A DNA stretch of 64,000 bases, taken from an uncultured Actinomycetes bacterium (GTDB taxonomy: Bacteria; Actinomycetota; UBA4738; JACQTL01). The position numbers and the translations under genes are program-made. A model generated the notes under the pieces. It was not told where the DNA came from and searched no databases. It saw nothing but the letters and a program-made list of their open reading frames with translations. The stretch lies in contig CAVPQW010000009.1 in assembly GCA_963707645.1 (NCBI GenBank), positions 371,771 through 435,770 of the forward strand. The letters are read 5' to 3'. Shown one piece after another: positions 45,453 through 54,867 of the stretch. Every line of letters begins with the position of its first letter. Position 1 is the stretch's first letter.

Positions 45453-46250
45453 TCAGATCGTCCGCATCCGGTTGTTGCGCGGGTTGTGCTCCAGCTCCGC
45501 GAGGCCGAGGTGCTCCATGAGCGGCGGCATGTACATCCCGAACCGCCCCCGGTAGCCCTTGCGCATCCCGTACCACCCGCCGACCGGGTTGTCGGGCGAA
45601 CGGGCCCACGCCTCGACGGTTCCCTCGGCCGCGGCCTTCTGCTCGTCCGCAGAGCCGAGGAGCATCCAGTCGCCGTGGTCCTTCAGCATGGCGTGGAGGT
45701 CGTCGATCGCCCGCAGCTGGTAGGTGAGCTTGGTCGTGCCGACCATGCAGACGATCAACGGCGGGTCGGCGTCCTCGTCCCGGTACATCGTGTACTCGGA
45801 CGTCCCCGGCGGGGTCTGCAGGACCCAGGGGTCGTCCTTCGTTCCGCTGCCGCTGGCCAAGGCCCTCCTCCTCCTATCCGAAGTCCGGCGCTTCCGTCTC
45901 GATGCAGTACTTGTGGTCGAACCGGTTCGAGTCCCTGACGAACTTGTTGTACGCATGGCTGAACTCGAGGGAGTTGGGTTCGGTCTCCGCCGCCCGCTCG
46001 AGGTCCTTGGCGATCTTGGCGGCGAGCTTCGCCTGGTCGCCCGGACAGGTCTGGCCGCCGAGTCCTTCAGCTCCTGGACGTGCTTCGCCGCCTCGGCCGG
46101 GTACTGCTCGGGCGGCACGTCGGCGACCGCCAGGCGAACCGTGTCGCTGACGCCGCAGAATCCCGGCAGGTCCGAGCTGCTGCACGAGGCCGACAGGGCG
46201 CCGATCACGAGCACCAGGAGAGCGACCCGGGCGCGCACGGCGAGGACCCG
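45453..46250 (-). pseudogene. Hypothetical lipoprotein with two frameshifts
   Basis: A lipobox signal, RVALLVLVIGALSASCSSS, lies at ~46235-46175. Protein-like segments (AKIAKDLERAAETEPNSLEFSHAYNKFVRDSNRFDHKYCIE and TKDDPWVLQTPPGTSEYTMYRDEDADPPLIVCMVGTTKL...GGWYGMRKGYRGRFGMYMPPLMEHLGL) alternate between two frames. Confidence 0.4.
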
Positions 46251-46289
46251 AGTTCTCCGGTGGCTCCGAACGCACGAACGGGGATCGTC

Positions 46290-46760
46290 GGCGACCGCAA
46301 GCGAGTCCGAGTACAGAGGAACTCGAGGTCCGGCGGGGGATGGCCCGCCATCCGGAGCAGCACCGCGGCGTCCCGTCGCTGCTCGGCGCTGTGCGTGACC
46401 ACGTGGACCAGGAAGAACCACAGGGGGAACACGTCCCGGCCGCCGAGGTCGACCGTCGCCGCCATCGCATCGTCGTCGAGCGTCGCCAGCCACGCCTCGA
46501 GCTCCGCGTCCTCGCGGCCCATCGTCCGGCCAGACTCCTCCGCCGAGTCGAGAAGTCGGACTCGGGGCTCGAGTCCCACGACCTCGCGCGGCAAGCCCGC
46601 GGACCCGGTCGCGCCAGCTCCGCTCGACGTCGAGCGCGTGGACCAGCGTGTCGCGGAGGTTGCGGTAGGTGACGGTCGACGGCGCGATGAACGTCTCGGG
46701 ACCGGCCTCGACGCGCCGTCGCGAGCACCTGGCGGTTCGCCCAGGAGGTGTACGGAGGAG
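46290..46760 (-). pseudogene. DinB_2 / mycothiol-dependent maleylpyruvate-isomerase N-terminal-like protein, frameshifted
   Basis: An N-terminal-like motif, [26 protein letters not shown], is in one frame. A core segment, VFPLWFFLVHVVTHSAEQRRDAAVLLRMAGH, is in another. The boundaries are approximate. Confidence 0.3.
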
Positions 46761-46839
46761 CGATTCGGACGTCGTCGGCGCGCACGGCACGGAATGCTAC
46801 GCGAGGTCGCCGTCGGTCCTGTTCGGGAGAATCCATCAC

Positions 46840-48392
46840 ATGCTGCTCTCGGAGCTGGCGCGGGTGTCGAACGAGGTCGCCGCGACCTCGAAGCGACTGG
46901 CGAAGATCGCCCTGCTCGCCGACCTGCTGCGCGCGGCCGAGGCCGACGAGGTGCCGGTCGCGGTGGCGTACCTGTCCGGGTACGCGCCGGGTGGGACGAT
47001 CGGCGTCGGATGGGCGGCCTGCGCTCGCTGCCGGAGCCGCGGAGGAGACCGTCGCTCGAGGTCCTCGAGGTCCAGGGCGCGCTCGAGGACCTCCGCGCCG
47101 CGACCGGGCCGGGCTCCCAGGCCAGGCGGAAGGACGCTGCTCGGCGACCTGTTCGGCCGGGCGACGGCGCCCGGAGCAGGCGTTCCTTCGTGGGTCGATC
47201 CTGGGCGAGCTGCGGCAGGGCGCGCTCGAGGGCGTCATGGTCGAGGCGGTGGCCCGGGCCGCCGAGGTGCCGGCCGCCGACGTTCGCCGGGCGGCGATGC
47301 TGGCGGGCGACCTGGGGGCGGTCGCACGGGCCGCGATCACCGAGGGGACCGAGGGCCTGCAGCGTTTCCGGCTCACCGTGCTCCGGCCGGTCCAGCCGAT
47401 GCTGGCGCAGTCGGCGGAGGACGTGGGGGACGCGCTCGAGCGCGCCGGGGGAGAGGCGGCCGTCGAGTGGAAGTTCGACGGCGCCCGGCTGCAGATCCAC
47501 CGCTCGGGCAACGAGGTCCGCGCGTTCACCCGGAACCTCGCAGACGTCACCGACCGCGTCCCCGAGATCGTCGAGGTGATCCGGGGCCTGCCCGTCGAGT
47601 CGGTCGTCCTCGACGGCGAGGCGATCGCGCTTCGGCCCGACGGACGGCCGTTCCCGTTCCAGGTCAGCATGAGCCGGTTCGGCTCGCAGCTGGACGTGGA
47701 GGGGTTGCGGGCGGCGACGCCGCTGTCCGTGTTCGCGTTCGACGTGCTGCATCTCGACGGGCGCGACGTGCTCGACCTGCCCCTGCGTGAACGGTTCGAC
47801 GCGCTCGAACGGGCCGTTCCGGCGGAGCACCGCGCGCCGCGGATCGTCACGGCCGACCCGGACGAGGCGTCGGCGTTCCTCGACGAGGCGATCGAACGGG
47901 GCCACGAGGGCGTGATGGTGAAGTCGCTCGATGCTCCGTACGAGGCCGGCCGGCGGGGCACGGGCTGGATCAAGGTCAAGCGGGCGAACACCCTCGACCT
48001 GGTGGTGCTCGCCGCGGAGTGGGGGCACGGCCGCCGGCAGGGCTGGCTGTCGAACCTCCACCTCGGCGCGCGGGACCCGGCGAGTGGGGGGTTCGTCATG
48101 CTCGGCAAGACGTTCAAGGGCATGACCGACGCCGTCCTGACCTGGCAGACGGAGCGGCTCCAGGAGCTCGAGACCTCCGCAAGACGCATACACGGTCCAC
48201 GTCCGGCCGGAGCTCGTGGTCGAGGTCGCGTTCGACGGCGTGCAGACCAGCACGCGCTACCCGGGCGGCGTCGCGCTGCGGTTCGCCCGCATCAAGGGGT
48301 ACCGGCCGGACAAGCGCCCGGAGGACGCCGACACCATCGAAACCGTGCTCGCGATCAGGGCCCGTGCGCACGGGGAGGATTCCGCCGGGTAA
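46840..48392 (+). pseudogene. ATP-dependent DNA ligase (LigB/LigC-type), with 4 or more frameshifts
   Basis: The N-terminus reads [30 protein letters not shown]. The adenylation domain carries the motif [13 protein letters not shown]. The OB-fold end carries [41 protein letters not shown]. Three frame switches lie within ~47020-47200 and one near 48180. Confidence 0.8.
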
Positions 48393-48456
48393 GCCGGCTC
48401 CCGAAGGGGTAGGAATCAAGGGAACAAGGACAAATCACCGCGAAGGAGGCACAGGC

Positions 48457-48735
48457 ATGGCCACGACCAGGCAGACCCAGGCCGCCAAGCGGAACATCAA
48501 GAAGGCCCAATCGGCGGCGAAGAAGGCCAAGACCATCACCAAGCTCCCGAAGGCGGTCCGGCAGGACCTCAGTCGGAACGCGGCCGCGGCCCGGCGTCGC
48601 GGGGGCAAGCCCGGCCGCTCGCTGGACGATCGCACGCGCGAGCAGCTCTACGAGACGGCCAAGAAGAAGAACATCGCCGGCCGCTCGAAGATGGGCAAGT
48701 ACGAGCTCATCCGGGCGCTCCGCAAGGCCGGCTGA
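48457..48735 (+). CDS. Small basic protein with a Rho termination factor N-terminal-like motif (GRSKMGKYELIRAL)
   Basis: The 92-aa Lys/Ala/Arg-rich ORF has a GAAGGAGG ribosome-binding site 8 nt upstream. A strong terminator hairpin follows. Confidence 0.5.
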   Translation: MATTRQTQAAKRNIKKAQSAAKKAKTITKLPKAVRQDLSRNAAAARRRGGKPGRSLDDRTREQLYETAKKKNIAGRSKMGKYELIRALRKAG

Positions 48736-48759
48736 CCTTCACCGGAGCACCAGTTCGAG

Positions 48760-48800
48760 GGACCCCGCCCGCAGCGCCCGGGCGGGGTCCTCGCTTTGCC
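48760..48800 (+). terminator. Rho-independent terminator hairpin (ggaccccgcccg / ccgggcggggtcc) followed by tcgctttgcc
   Basis: A GC-rich 12-bp stem with a 6-nt loop and a T-containing tail sits immediately after the 48735 stop. Confidence 0.6.
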
Positions 48801-48930
48801 CGGCGCGTCCACGAAGCCCTGCCCCTCAGGCCCGGGCCCCAAGGAAGGCGACAACACCCGCGAGGGCGAGGACCCGGGCGACTACTGATCCGGATGCCGT
48901 CCGGGGCCTTCTCGTGGGAGGCTCCGGGCG

Positions 48931-50157
48931 ATGCGGGTGCTGCTGGTCGGTGTGGGCGGCGTGGGCGAGGCCATCGCGGTGATCGCGCGGGAACGGCCCT
49001 GGCTCGAGTCGATGGTGCTCGCCGACTACCGGGTCGAGCGGGCCGCCGAGGTCCAGGCGAGGACCGGCGACCCGGACCGGTTCCCGGTCGAACACGTCGA
49101 CGCGAGCGACCCGGCGTCGGTGGCGGAGCTCGCACGGCGGCATACGGTCGACCTGGTCATGAACGCCGTGGACCCGTCCTTCGCCCGCTCCGTCTTCGAC
49201 GCGGCGTTCGAGGCCGGGTCGCACTACATGGACATGGCCATGACGCTGTCCAAGCCCCACCCGAACAGCCGTTACGAGGAGTCGGGACGTGAAGCTCGGC
49301 GACTAGCAGTTCGAACGCGCCGCCGACTGGGAGGAACGCGGCAAGCTCGCGCTCGTCGGCATGGGCGTGGAGCCGGGCCTGTCCGACGTCTTCGCCGCGT
49401 ACGCGGCCAAGCACCTGTTCGACCTGGCGGCATCGACGAGATCGGCGTCCGCGACGGCGCCAACATCGTCGTGCACGGGTACGAGTTCGCCCCGACGTTC
49501 TCGATCTGGACCACGATCGAGGAGTGCCTGAACCCACCGGTGGTGTGGGAGCAAGGGCCGCGGGTGGTTCACGACCGAGACGTTCAGCGAGCCGGAAGTG
49601 TTCGAGTTCCCGGACGGCATCGGGCCCGTTGAGTGCGTGAACGTCGAGCACGAGGAGGTCCTGCTGATCCCGCGGTGGGTCGACTGCAGGCGGGTGACGT
49701 TCAAGTACGGGCTCGGCGCCGACTTCATCGAGGTGCTGAAGACGCTCCACCTGCTCGGCCTCGACGGGACCGAGCCCGTGAGCGTGAAGGGCGTCAAGGT
49801 CGCGCCGCGGGACGTGGTCGCCGCCGTGCTGCCCGACCCGGCGCACGCTCGGCGACCGCATGACCGGCAAGACGTGCGCCGGCACGTGGGTCACCGGCGT
49901 GCACGAGGGCCGGCCGCCGCGAGGTCTACCTGTCCCAGGTCGCCGACAATGAGCAGACCATGGCCGAACACGGCCTCCAGGCCGTCGTGTGGCAGACCGG
50001 CGTGAACCCGGTCATCGCGATGGAGCTCCTGGCGGAAGGGCTGTGGTCGGGCGCCGGCGTGCTCGGGCCCGAGGCGTTCGACCCGGATCCGTTCGTGGAG
50101 CGGATGCCCGGCTACGGGCTCCCCTGGGCCATCCGCGACTCGCTCGCGGAGGGCTGA
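48931..50157 (+). pseudogene. Saccharopine dehydrogenase NADP-binding family protein with an in-frame TAG and 3 or more frameshifts
   Basis: The Rossmann N-terminus reads MRVLLVGVGGVGEAIA. Conserved segments (KLGD*QFERAADWEERGKLALVGMGVEPGLSDVF; IDEIGVRDGANIVVHGYEFAPTFSIWTTIEECLNPPVVWE; FPDGIGPVECVNVEHEEVLLIPRWVD; HGLQAVVWQTGVNPVIAMELLAEGLWSGAGVLGPEAF) lie in different frames. A TAG at ~49300 replaces an expected Glu codon. Confidence 0.75.
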
Positions 50158-50323
50158 ACCACCGGCTCGCGCTCGAGCGCGCCAACCGGTCACGCCAAGT
50201 GTCTGAGCCGTGGCATGTCGTGGCGAGAACACGCCGGAGCGGGCAATCTGTGCGCCGCCGTTTGTTTCGTCGCTCCCGTCGGCCGTCACACGACGTCGCG
50301 ACGGCCGTCCATTGACGAATCCG

Positions 50324-51517
50324 CTATCGCAGCGGCTGGAACGCGGAGCGCAACTCTTGCGCGAAGAGCTCCGGTTCCTCCCACGCGGCGAAGTGACCGC
50401 CCTTGTCCACCTCGTTGAAGTAGATGGGGACGTTGGGGTAAGCCCGCTCGACCCAGCTGCGCGGGGTACGCCAGATCTCCCCGGGGAACGACGTGAAGCC
50501 GACCGGAATCGAGACCGGCGGGGGAGCCTGGCCGGCCGCACGAACGCCCTCTTGTCCTTCCTCCCAGTACGAGCGCGCCGCCGACGCCCCGGTGCCGGTC
50601 AGCCAATACAGCGTGATGTTGTCGACGATGTGTTCCCGGGTGAGATTGCCCGAAGGTTCTTTGTCGACAAAGGCGCGGGCGATCTTCTCGTAGGCGTCGG
50701 TGTCGTGATCGATCATCCAGGCCGCCAGGGCGATGGGCGAATCCAGAAGGGCATAGCCGATCGTCTGCGGGCGCGTTGCCTGCTCCACGAAGTAGCCAGT
50801 GCCGGTCGCGTGGAATGCGTCGAGCTGGTCGAGGGCAGCACGTTCTTCTTTGGTGGGTGGCGACGCGCTCAGGGCGTCGACGTCGCCCAGCGCCGGCGTG
50901 AGAAGGTTCGTGTGGATGCCGAGCAAACCGTCGAGTGACAGGCGGCCCATCGCGTCAGTGACCTGGGAGCCCACGTCACCGCCCTGCGCGACGTACCGGG
51001 CGTAACCGAGGCGCCGCATGAGCTCGTGCCAGGCCCGGCCGATGCGGATGGGGCCCCAGCCGAGTTCGGTCGGCTCGTCGGAGAAGCCGTAGCCGGGGAT
51101 CGACGGCAGCACGAGATGGAACGCGTCCTCGGCGCGTCCGCCGTGCGCGGTCGGGTCGGTGAGGGGGCCGATGGTCTCGAGCAGCTCGATCACCGAGCCC
51201 GGCCAACCGTGCGTCATGATCAACGGCAACGCGTTCTCGTGCCGCGACTTCACGTGGATGAAGTGGATGTTCAGCCCGTCGATCTCGATTGTGAACTGCG
51301 GCAGCGCGTTCAGTCGCGCCTCACACCGGCGCCAGTCGTACTCGTTCTCCCAGTAGCGTGCGAGCTCCTGAATCGTCGCCAACTGCACGCCCTGTGACCG
51401 ATCCGCTACGAGCTCCTTGGAGGGCAAGCGCGTGGCAGCGATCCGGCGGTGCAGCTCCGCGAGATCTTCGTCGGGAACGTTGACTCGAAACGGTTGGATG
51501 CTCGGGTCGTCAGCCAC
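50324..51517 (-). CDS. Epoxide hydrolase (microsomal-type EHN N-terminal domain plus alpha/beta hydrolase fold)
   Basis: A GTG start sits after a GGAGG ribosome-binding site. The motifs PFRVNVPDEDLAELHRRIAATRLP and HGWPGS are present. The ORF is intact at ~397 aa. The long 5' extension of ORF 50324-51994 is not coding. Confidence 0.8.
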   Translation of the reverse strand: MADDPSIQPFRVNVPDEDLAELHRRIAATRLPSKELVADRSQGVQLATIQELARYWENEYDWRRCEARLNALPQFTIEIDGLNIHFIHVKSRHENALPLIMTHGWPGSVIELLETIGPLTDPTAHGGRAEDAFHLVLPSIPGYGFSDEPTELGWGPIRIGRAWHELMRRLGYARYVAQGGDVGSQVTDAMGRLSLDGLLGIHTNLLTPALGDVDALSASPPTKEERAALDQLDAFHATGTGYFVEQATRPQTIGYALLDSPIALAAWMIDHDTDAYEKIARAFVDKEPSGNLTREHIVDNITLYWLTGTGASAARSYWEEGQEGVRAAGQAPPPVSIPVGFTSFPGEIWRTPRSWVERAYPNVPIYFNEVDKGGHFAAWEEPELFAQELRSAFQPLR

Positions 51518-51807
51518 CGGGGACCTCCGCTCGTGGGTTGCTCTGGATCTTGCGCCCAGATGAGAGGTCTGCACAACCCGTACATCGCGCGGGCTCTGCC
51601 GAAGGCCGCAGAGCCACACATATCTGTGACCTGCTCGCGCCGTCGGGTGCATTGCTTGACGCTGGGGTGAGCGACGGGCTCGTCCTCCCCTTCGCCATTC
51701 AGCCTGGGATCGACTTGCCCGACGTGGGCTCTGGTCACTCCCGCACGCAGGCGTGCCACGACGAGATTGCACCTTGCGCGGCCGATGCGGCCGGAGACGA
51801 CCAGCCC

Positions 51808-52098
51808 TCAGTGCGTCCTGCGTCGTGCAGTCAGAAGAAGTGCCCACAGGCCGAGCATGACCGCCAGGCCGATGAGGAAGGATCCACCTGCGATCGCCTC
51901 TGCCCCTCTGGGCCCAGGGCTGATCCCATGGGCCAGCTTGTCCGCACCCATCCCGGCGACGAGCCCGACGATGAGGGCAACGAAGGCAGTCCACAACGCC
52001 CAGAACACCGCCCGCTGCTGTTCGACGGGAGGATCCGCGAGCTCATCGACCGGATCAGGCGGGCGCTGCTCCGGCAGTTCTTCGACTGTCTTGGCCAT
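51808..52098 (-). CDS. Small two-TM membrane protein (hypothetical)
   Basis: The segment MAKTVEELPEQ... is followed by two hydrophobic helices. The start is chosen at an internal ATG of ORF 51808-52212. Confidence 0.3.
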   Translation of the reverse strand: MAKTVEELPEQRPPDPVDELADPPVEQQRAVFWALWTAFVALIVGLVAGMGADKLAHGISPGPRGAEAIAGGSFLIGLAVMLGLWALLLTARRRTH

Positions 52099-52239
52099 AG
52101 CCGGCTCCTCGCCCTCGATGGTGCCGTCAAGAGCCCGATGCGGCATGGGCGTGAAGACCTGCATTCCCCGAGGCGATCGTCGGGGAGGGCGGCGGGCTCC
52201 CTCGGGGTGCATTCCGACGGCCGGCGGCTCCGTCGCGGT

Positions 52240-52632
52240 TCAGCGGCGCCGGGCCAGGAATGCAACCAGGCCGCGCCAGGCCGCGAGCAGCAGCCCGGTC
52301 ACGACGAGCGTCACCGTGAGGAACGTGAACGTGGTCCTGCCGTAGCCATGGCCCAGGATGGCGGCGCGGATGAGCACCCCCGCGCTGACCCCGATCAACC
52401 AGGCCGCGGCGAGGCGGGCGAGGCCTGGTCGCCGGTAGGCCCCGAGGAGCAGCGCGGCCGCCAGGAACCCAACCACGACGGGAAGGGCGTTCCGGGCAAG
52501 GCCTTCCAGCGTGATGCCCTTGTCGTGGGAGATCAGGCCGATCGGAGCGAAGAGCGAGATCGCGATGACGTCGCCGAGGGCGAGCTGCCAGGTGCGGAGT
52601 CGGGTGCCCGACTTCCGCGCCAAGGCCTTCAT
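52240..52632 (-). CDS. DUF3054-like membrane protein
   Basis: The ~130-aa product starts MKALARKSGTRLRTWQLALGDVIAISLFAPIG and has 4 TM helices. Its start overlaps the stop of the upstream DUF2017 gene. Confidence 0.5.
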   Translation of the reverse strand: MKALARKSGTRLRTWQLALGDVIAISLFAPIGLISHDKGITLEGLARNALPVVVGFLAAALLLGAYRRPGLARLAAAWLIGVSAGVLIRAAILGHGYGRTTFTFLTVTLVVTGLLLAAWRGLVAFLARRR

Positions 52633-53127
52633 TCGCCCTCCGTGCCGGCCGGGTCGAGCGAGACGGAGAGCGCGACCACGATCTGTTCCTCCAGGAAGCC
52701 GAGGTAGTGGTACACGGCCATCTGGTGGGCGTTGGGGTCGCGCGGGTCGAGCTCCCGTTCGTACATCTCCTCGGTGACGTCGAGCTTGGTGCCGAGCACC
52801 AGACGGAGGTCGTTCACGGCGCCCATCCACGCGACCAGCTCTTCCTCGGTCACGCGCTTCGGCGTCGATGGTCCGCTCGAACTCGTCGATGGCCGCCGTG
52901 TGCTCGGCCAGGAGGTCGTCGCGCATCAGTCCCGCGTACTCCTCGTTGGCATCGGGGTCGTCCGTGTAGGCGGGCGGGAACAGCCGTCCGAGCGAAGGGT
53001 CCTCCGTCGGGAGCAGCTCGCGGAGCTCTCCGGCCAGGCCACGCAGGATGTCGCGTTCGCCTTCGGGGATCCGGATCTCGAACTCGCCCCTGCGGTTCCT
53101 TCGGATCCTGCGCTGGATGGACGCCAC
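52629..53127 (-). pseudogene. DUF2017-family protein (ClpS-associated), one apparent frameshift near 52860
   Basis: The N-terminal part (MASIQRRIRRNRRGEFEIRIPEGERDILRGLAGELRELL...TAAIDEFERTIDA) and the C-terminal part (MTEEELVAWMGAVNDLRLVLGTKLDVTEEMYERELDPRDP...) lie in different frames. Confidence 0.5.
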
Positions 53128-53134
53128 GGGCCGG

Positions 53135-53440
53135 TCAGGAGTCCTTCTGCATCGTCGCCCACAGCCCGTGCGCGTGGAGGCGCGACACGTCGAACTCGGC
53201 CCGCTCGCGGTTGCCGTGCGACACGATGGCCTTGCCCTTCTGATGGACGTCGAGCATGAGCTTCTCGGCCTTGTGCCGGCTGTACCCGAAGAGCTTCTGG
53301 AACACGAACGTCACGTACGACATGAGGTTGATCGGGTCGTTCCACACGATGACCATCCAGGGACGGTCGGGCGTGACGTGCTCGTCGGCGTCCGGCCGCT
53401 CGACCTCGACGGGCGCGGTGGCCGTGTCCACGCGGGCCAT
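53135..53440 (-). CDS. clpS: ATP-dependent Clp protease adapter ClpS
   Basis: The 101-aa product carries the ClpS core [46 protein letters not shown]. Confidence 0.9.
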   Translation of the reverse strand: MARVDTATAPVEVERPDADEHVTPDRPWMVIVWNDPINLMSYVTFVFQKLFGYSRHKAEKLMLDVHQKGKAIVSHGNRERAEFDVSRLHAHGLWATMQKDS

Positions 53441-53514
53441 TCTGGCAGGGAACGGCGTGACGCCGCCATGGCGAAGGTCACAGCGGCCGGGGGGAGCGGC
53501 GGGCTGAGGGGAAC

Positions 53515-53748
53515 CTATGCCGACACGAACATGCGGTGGAGCTCCTGGATGACGGGAGCGCGGTGGCCCATGGCCCACCCCTCCTCGTCGTCGTAGACGC
53601 CGGTGACCTCCCCGCATGCCGGGCAGATCTCGACGCGGTAGGAGTCCTCCGTGGCGCGCGTGCGACGCAGGTCGCGGACCACACCGGTGAGCAGCGCGAT
53701 GGCCGCGAGGGTGAGTCCGCACTGGGAGCAGAGAGTGTCCGAATACAT
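53515..53748 (-). CDS. Small Cys-pair protein (CSQCG...CPACG), hypothetical zinc-ribbon
   Basis: The 77-aa ORF has two CxxC pairs. It lies directly upstream of clpS. Confidence 0.3.
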   Translation of the reverse strand: MYSDTLCSQCGLTLAAIALLTGVVRDLRRTRATEDSYRVEICPACGEVTGVYDDEEGWAMGHRAPVIQELHRMFVSA

Positions 53749-53973
53749 CGCTCAGATGGTGTCGGATGGGAGGACGCAAACCTTGAGTGGGGCACCTGCG
53801 CGAAGGGGACGAAAGGTGCAACCCGCCCGCGCGGCAGTTGCTATAGTCCCCGGCCGAGGGTTCGGCAAGGCACAACAGAGGTTGCTCGAGCAGTTCCCTC
53901 ACAGGGTCCCGCGAGGGACCCGGGCCGCCGGGCCTGCGAGTCCGGGCAGGCCGGGAAAGGAGGGGATTGCAGT

Positions 53974-54177
53974 ATGGCAACCGGCATCGTGAAGTGGTTC
54001 AACTCCGAGAAGGGGTACGGCTTCATCTCCCAGGAGGGTGGAGAGGACGTGTTCGTCCACTTCTCGGCGATCTCGGGATCCGGCTACCGGAACCTCGAGG
54101 AGAACCAGAAGGTCGAGTTCGACGTGACCCAGGGGCAGAAGGGCCCCCAGGCCGCGAACGTGCGACCGATCGGCTAG
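53974..54177 (+). CDS. cspA: Cold-shock protein (CspA family)
   Basis: The product reads [33 protein letters not shown], with RNP1 and RNP2 motifs. A GAAAGGAGGGG ribosome-binding site lies upstream. Confidence 0.9.
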   Translation: MATGIVKWFNSEKGYGFISQEGGEDVFVHFSAISGSGYRNLEENQKVEFDVTQGQKGPQAANVRPIG

Positions 54178-54231
54178 CGATGTGGAACCCTCCCGCCGGC
54201 AGGGCTGGGAGGGGCCACGCAAAGCACGACG

Positions 54232-54275
54232 AAGGGGCCACCGGAGTAATCCGGCGGCCCCTTCGACGTGTTTGC
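54232..54275. terminator. Bidirectional terminator hairpin between convergent cspA and the RGG-tail gene
   Basis: The stem aaggggccaccgg pairs with ccggcggcccctt around a 6-nt loop. It lies between stops at 54177 (plus strand) and 54287 (minus strand). Confidence 0.55.
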
Positions 54276-54286
54276 GAGAGGTTGCG

Positions 54287-54709
54287 CTAGGAGCGGGGTG
54301 CGCCGCTGGGCGCCCCACCGGGGCCGCCGGGGCCGCCGGGGCCGCCAGGACCACCGGGCCCGCCCGGACCTCCCGGCCCGCCCGGACCCCCGGGCCCACG
54401 GCCGCCGCCGCGGCCGCCATAGCCGCCGCCGCGCCCGCCGCCACCACCACCGGGCCCACCGAAGCCGAACCCGCGGCGCCGCTCGCGGATCTGCACCGCG
54501 GGCGCCTCCTTGATCTTCACGTTCAGCGGCGTGTGGCCGGTGCGCTCCAGACGGACCTTGATGAAGTCGCTCGTGTGCTCGCGCTCGATCTCGCGCCAGC
54601 CGTCGTTCAACAGATGCTTCAGGCGGCCCTCAGCGGTCTTCCGGAGCCTCTCGGACCCCGGGACCTTGACCTGCAGCCGCTCGTACCGAACTTCCTTGTG
54701 ATCGCCCAT
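54287..54709 (-). CDS. Small protein with a conserved N-terminal domain and a Gly/Arg plus (GGP)n low-complexity tail
   Basis: The product starts MGDHKEVRYERLQVKVPGSERLRKTAEGRLKHLLNDGWREIE. The tail is RGGGYGGRGGGRGPGGPGGPGG... encoded by a 9-bp tandem DNA repeat at ~54300-54400. Confidence 0.5.
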   Translation of the reverse strand: MGDHKEVRYERLQVKVPGSERLRKTAEGRLKHLLNDGWREIEREHTSDFIKVRLERTGHTPLNVKIKEAPAVQIRERRRGFGFGGPGGGGGGRGGGYGGRGGGRGPGGPGGPGGPGGPGGPGGPGGPGGPGGAPSGAPRS

Positions 54710-54867
54710 GAGGCACCAAGGGTAGCAGCGGGTGCCGGGGCCCACCCGGCGCCCACAGCGCGGCCGCGCCTTCGCGCGTGCACCCCCCGCGAGCAGGACG
54801 TTTGGCGTTCCTCCATCACGGGTACCACGCCTTCGGCCGAAGCACCATTCCGAGAGGGGGGCACCAC

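Noticed and set aside
50324-51994. A 556-aa epoxide hydrolase with a long N-terminal extension
   Set aside because: The first 159 codons are Arg-rich and lack homology. A GGAGG ribosome-binding site precedes an internal GTG (forward 51515-51517) that yields the canonical ~397-aa EHN-domain enzyme.
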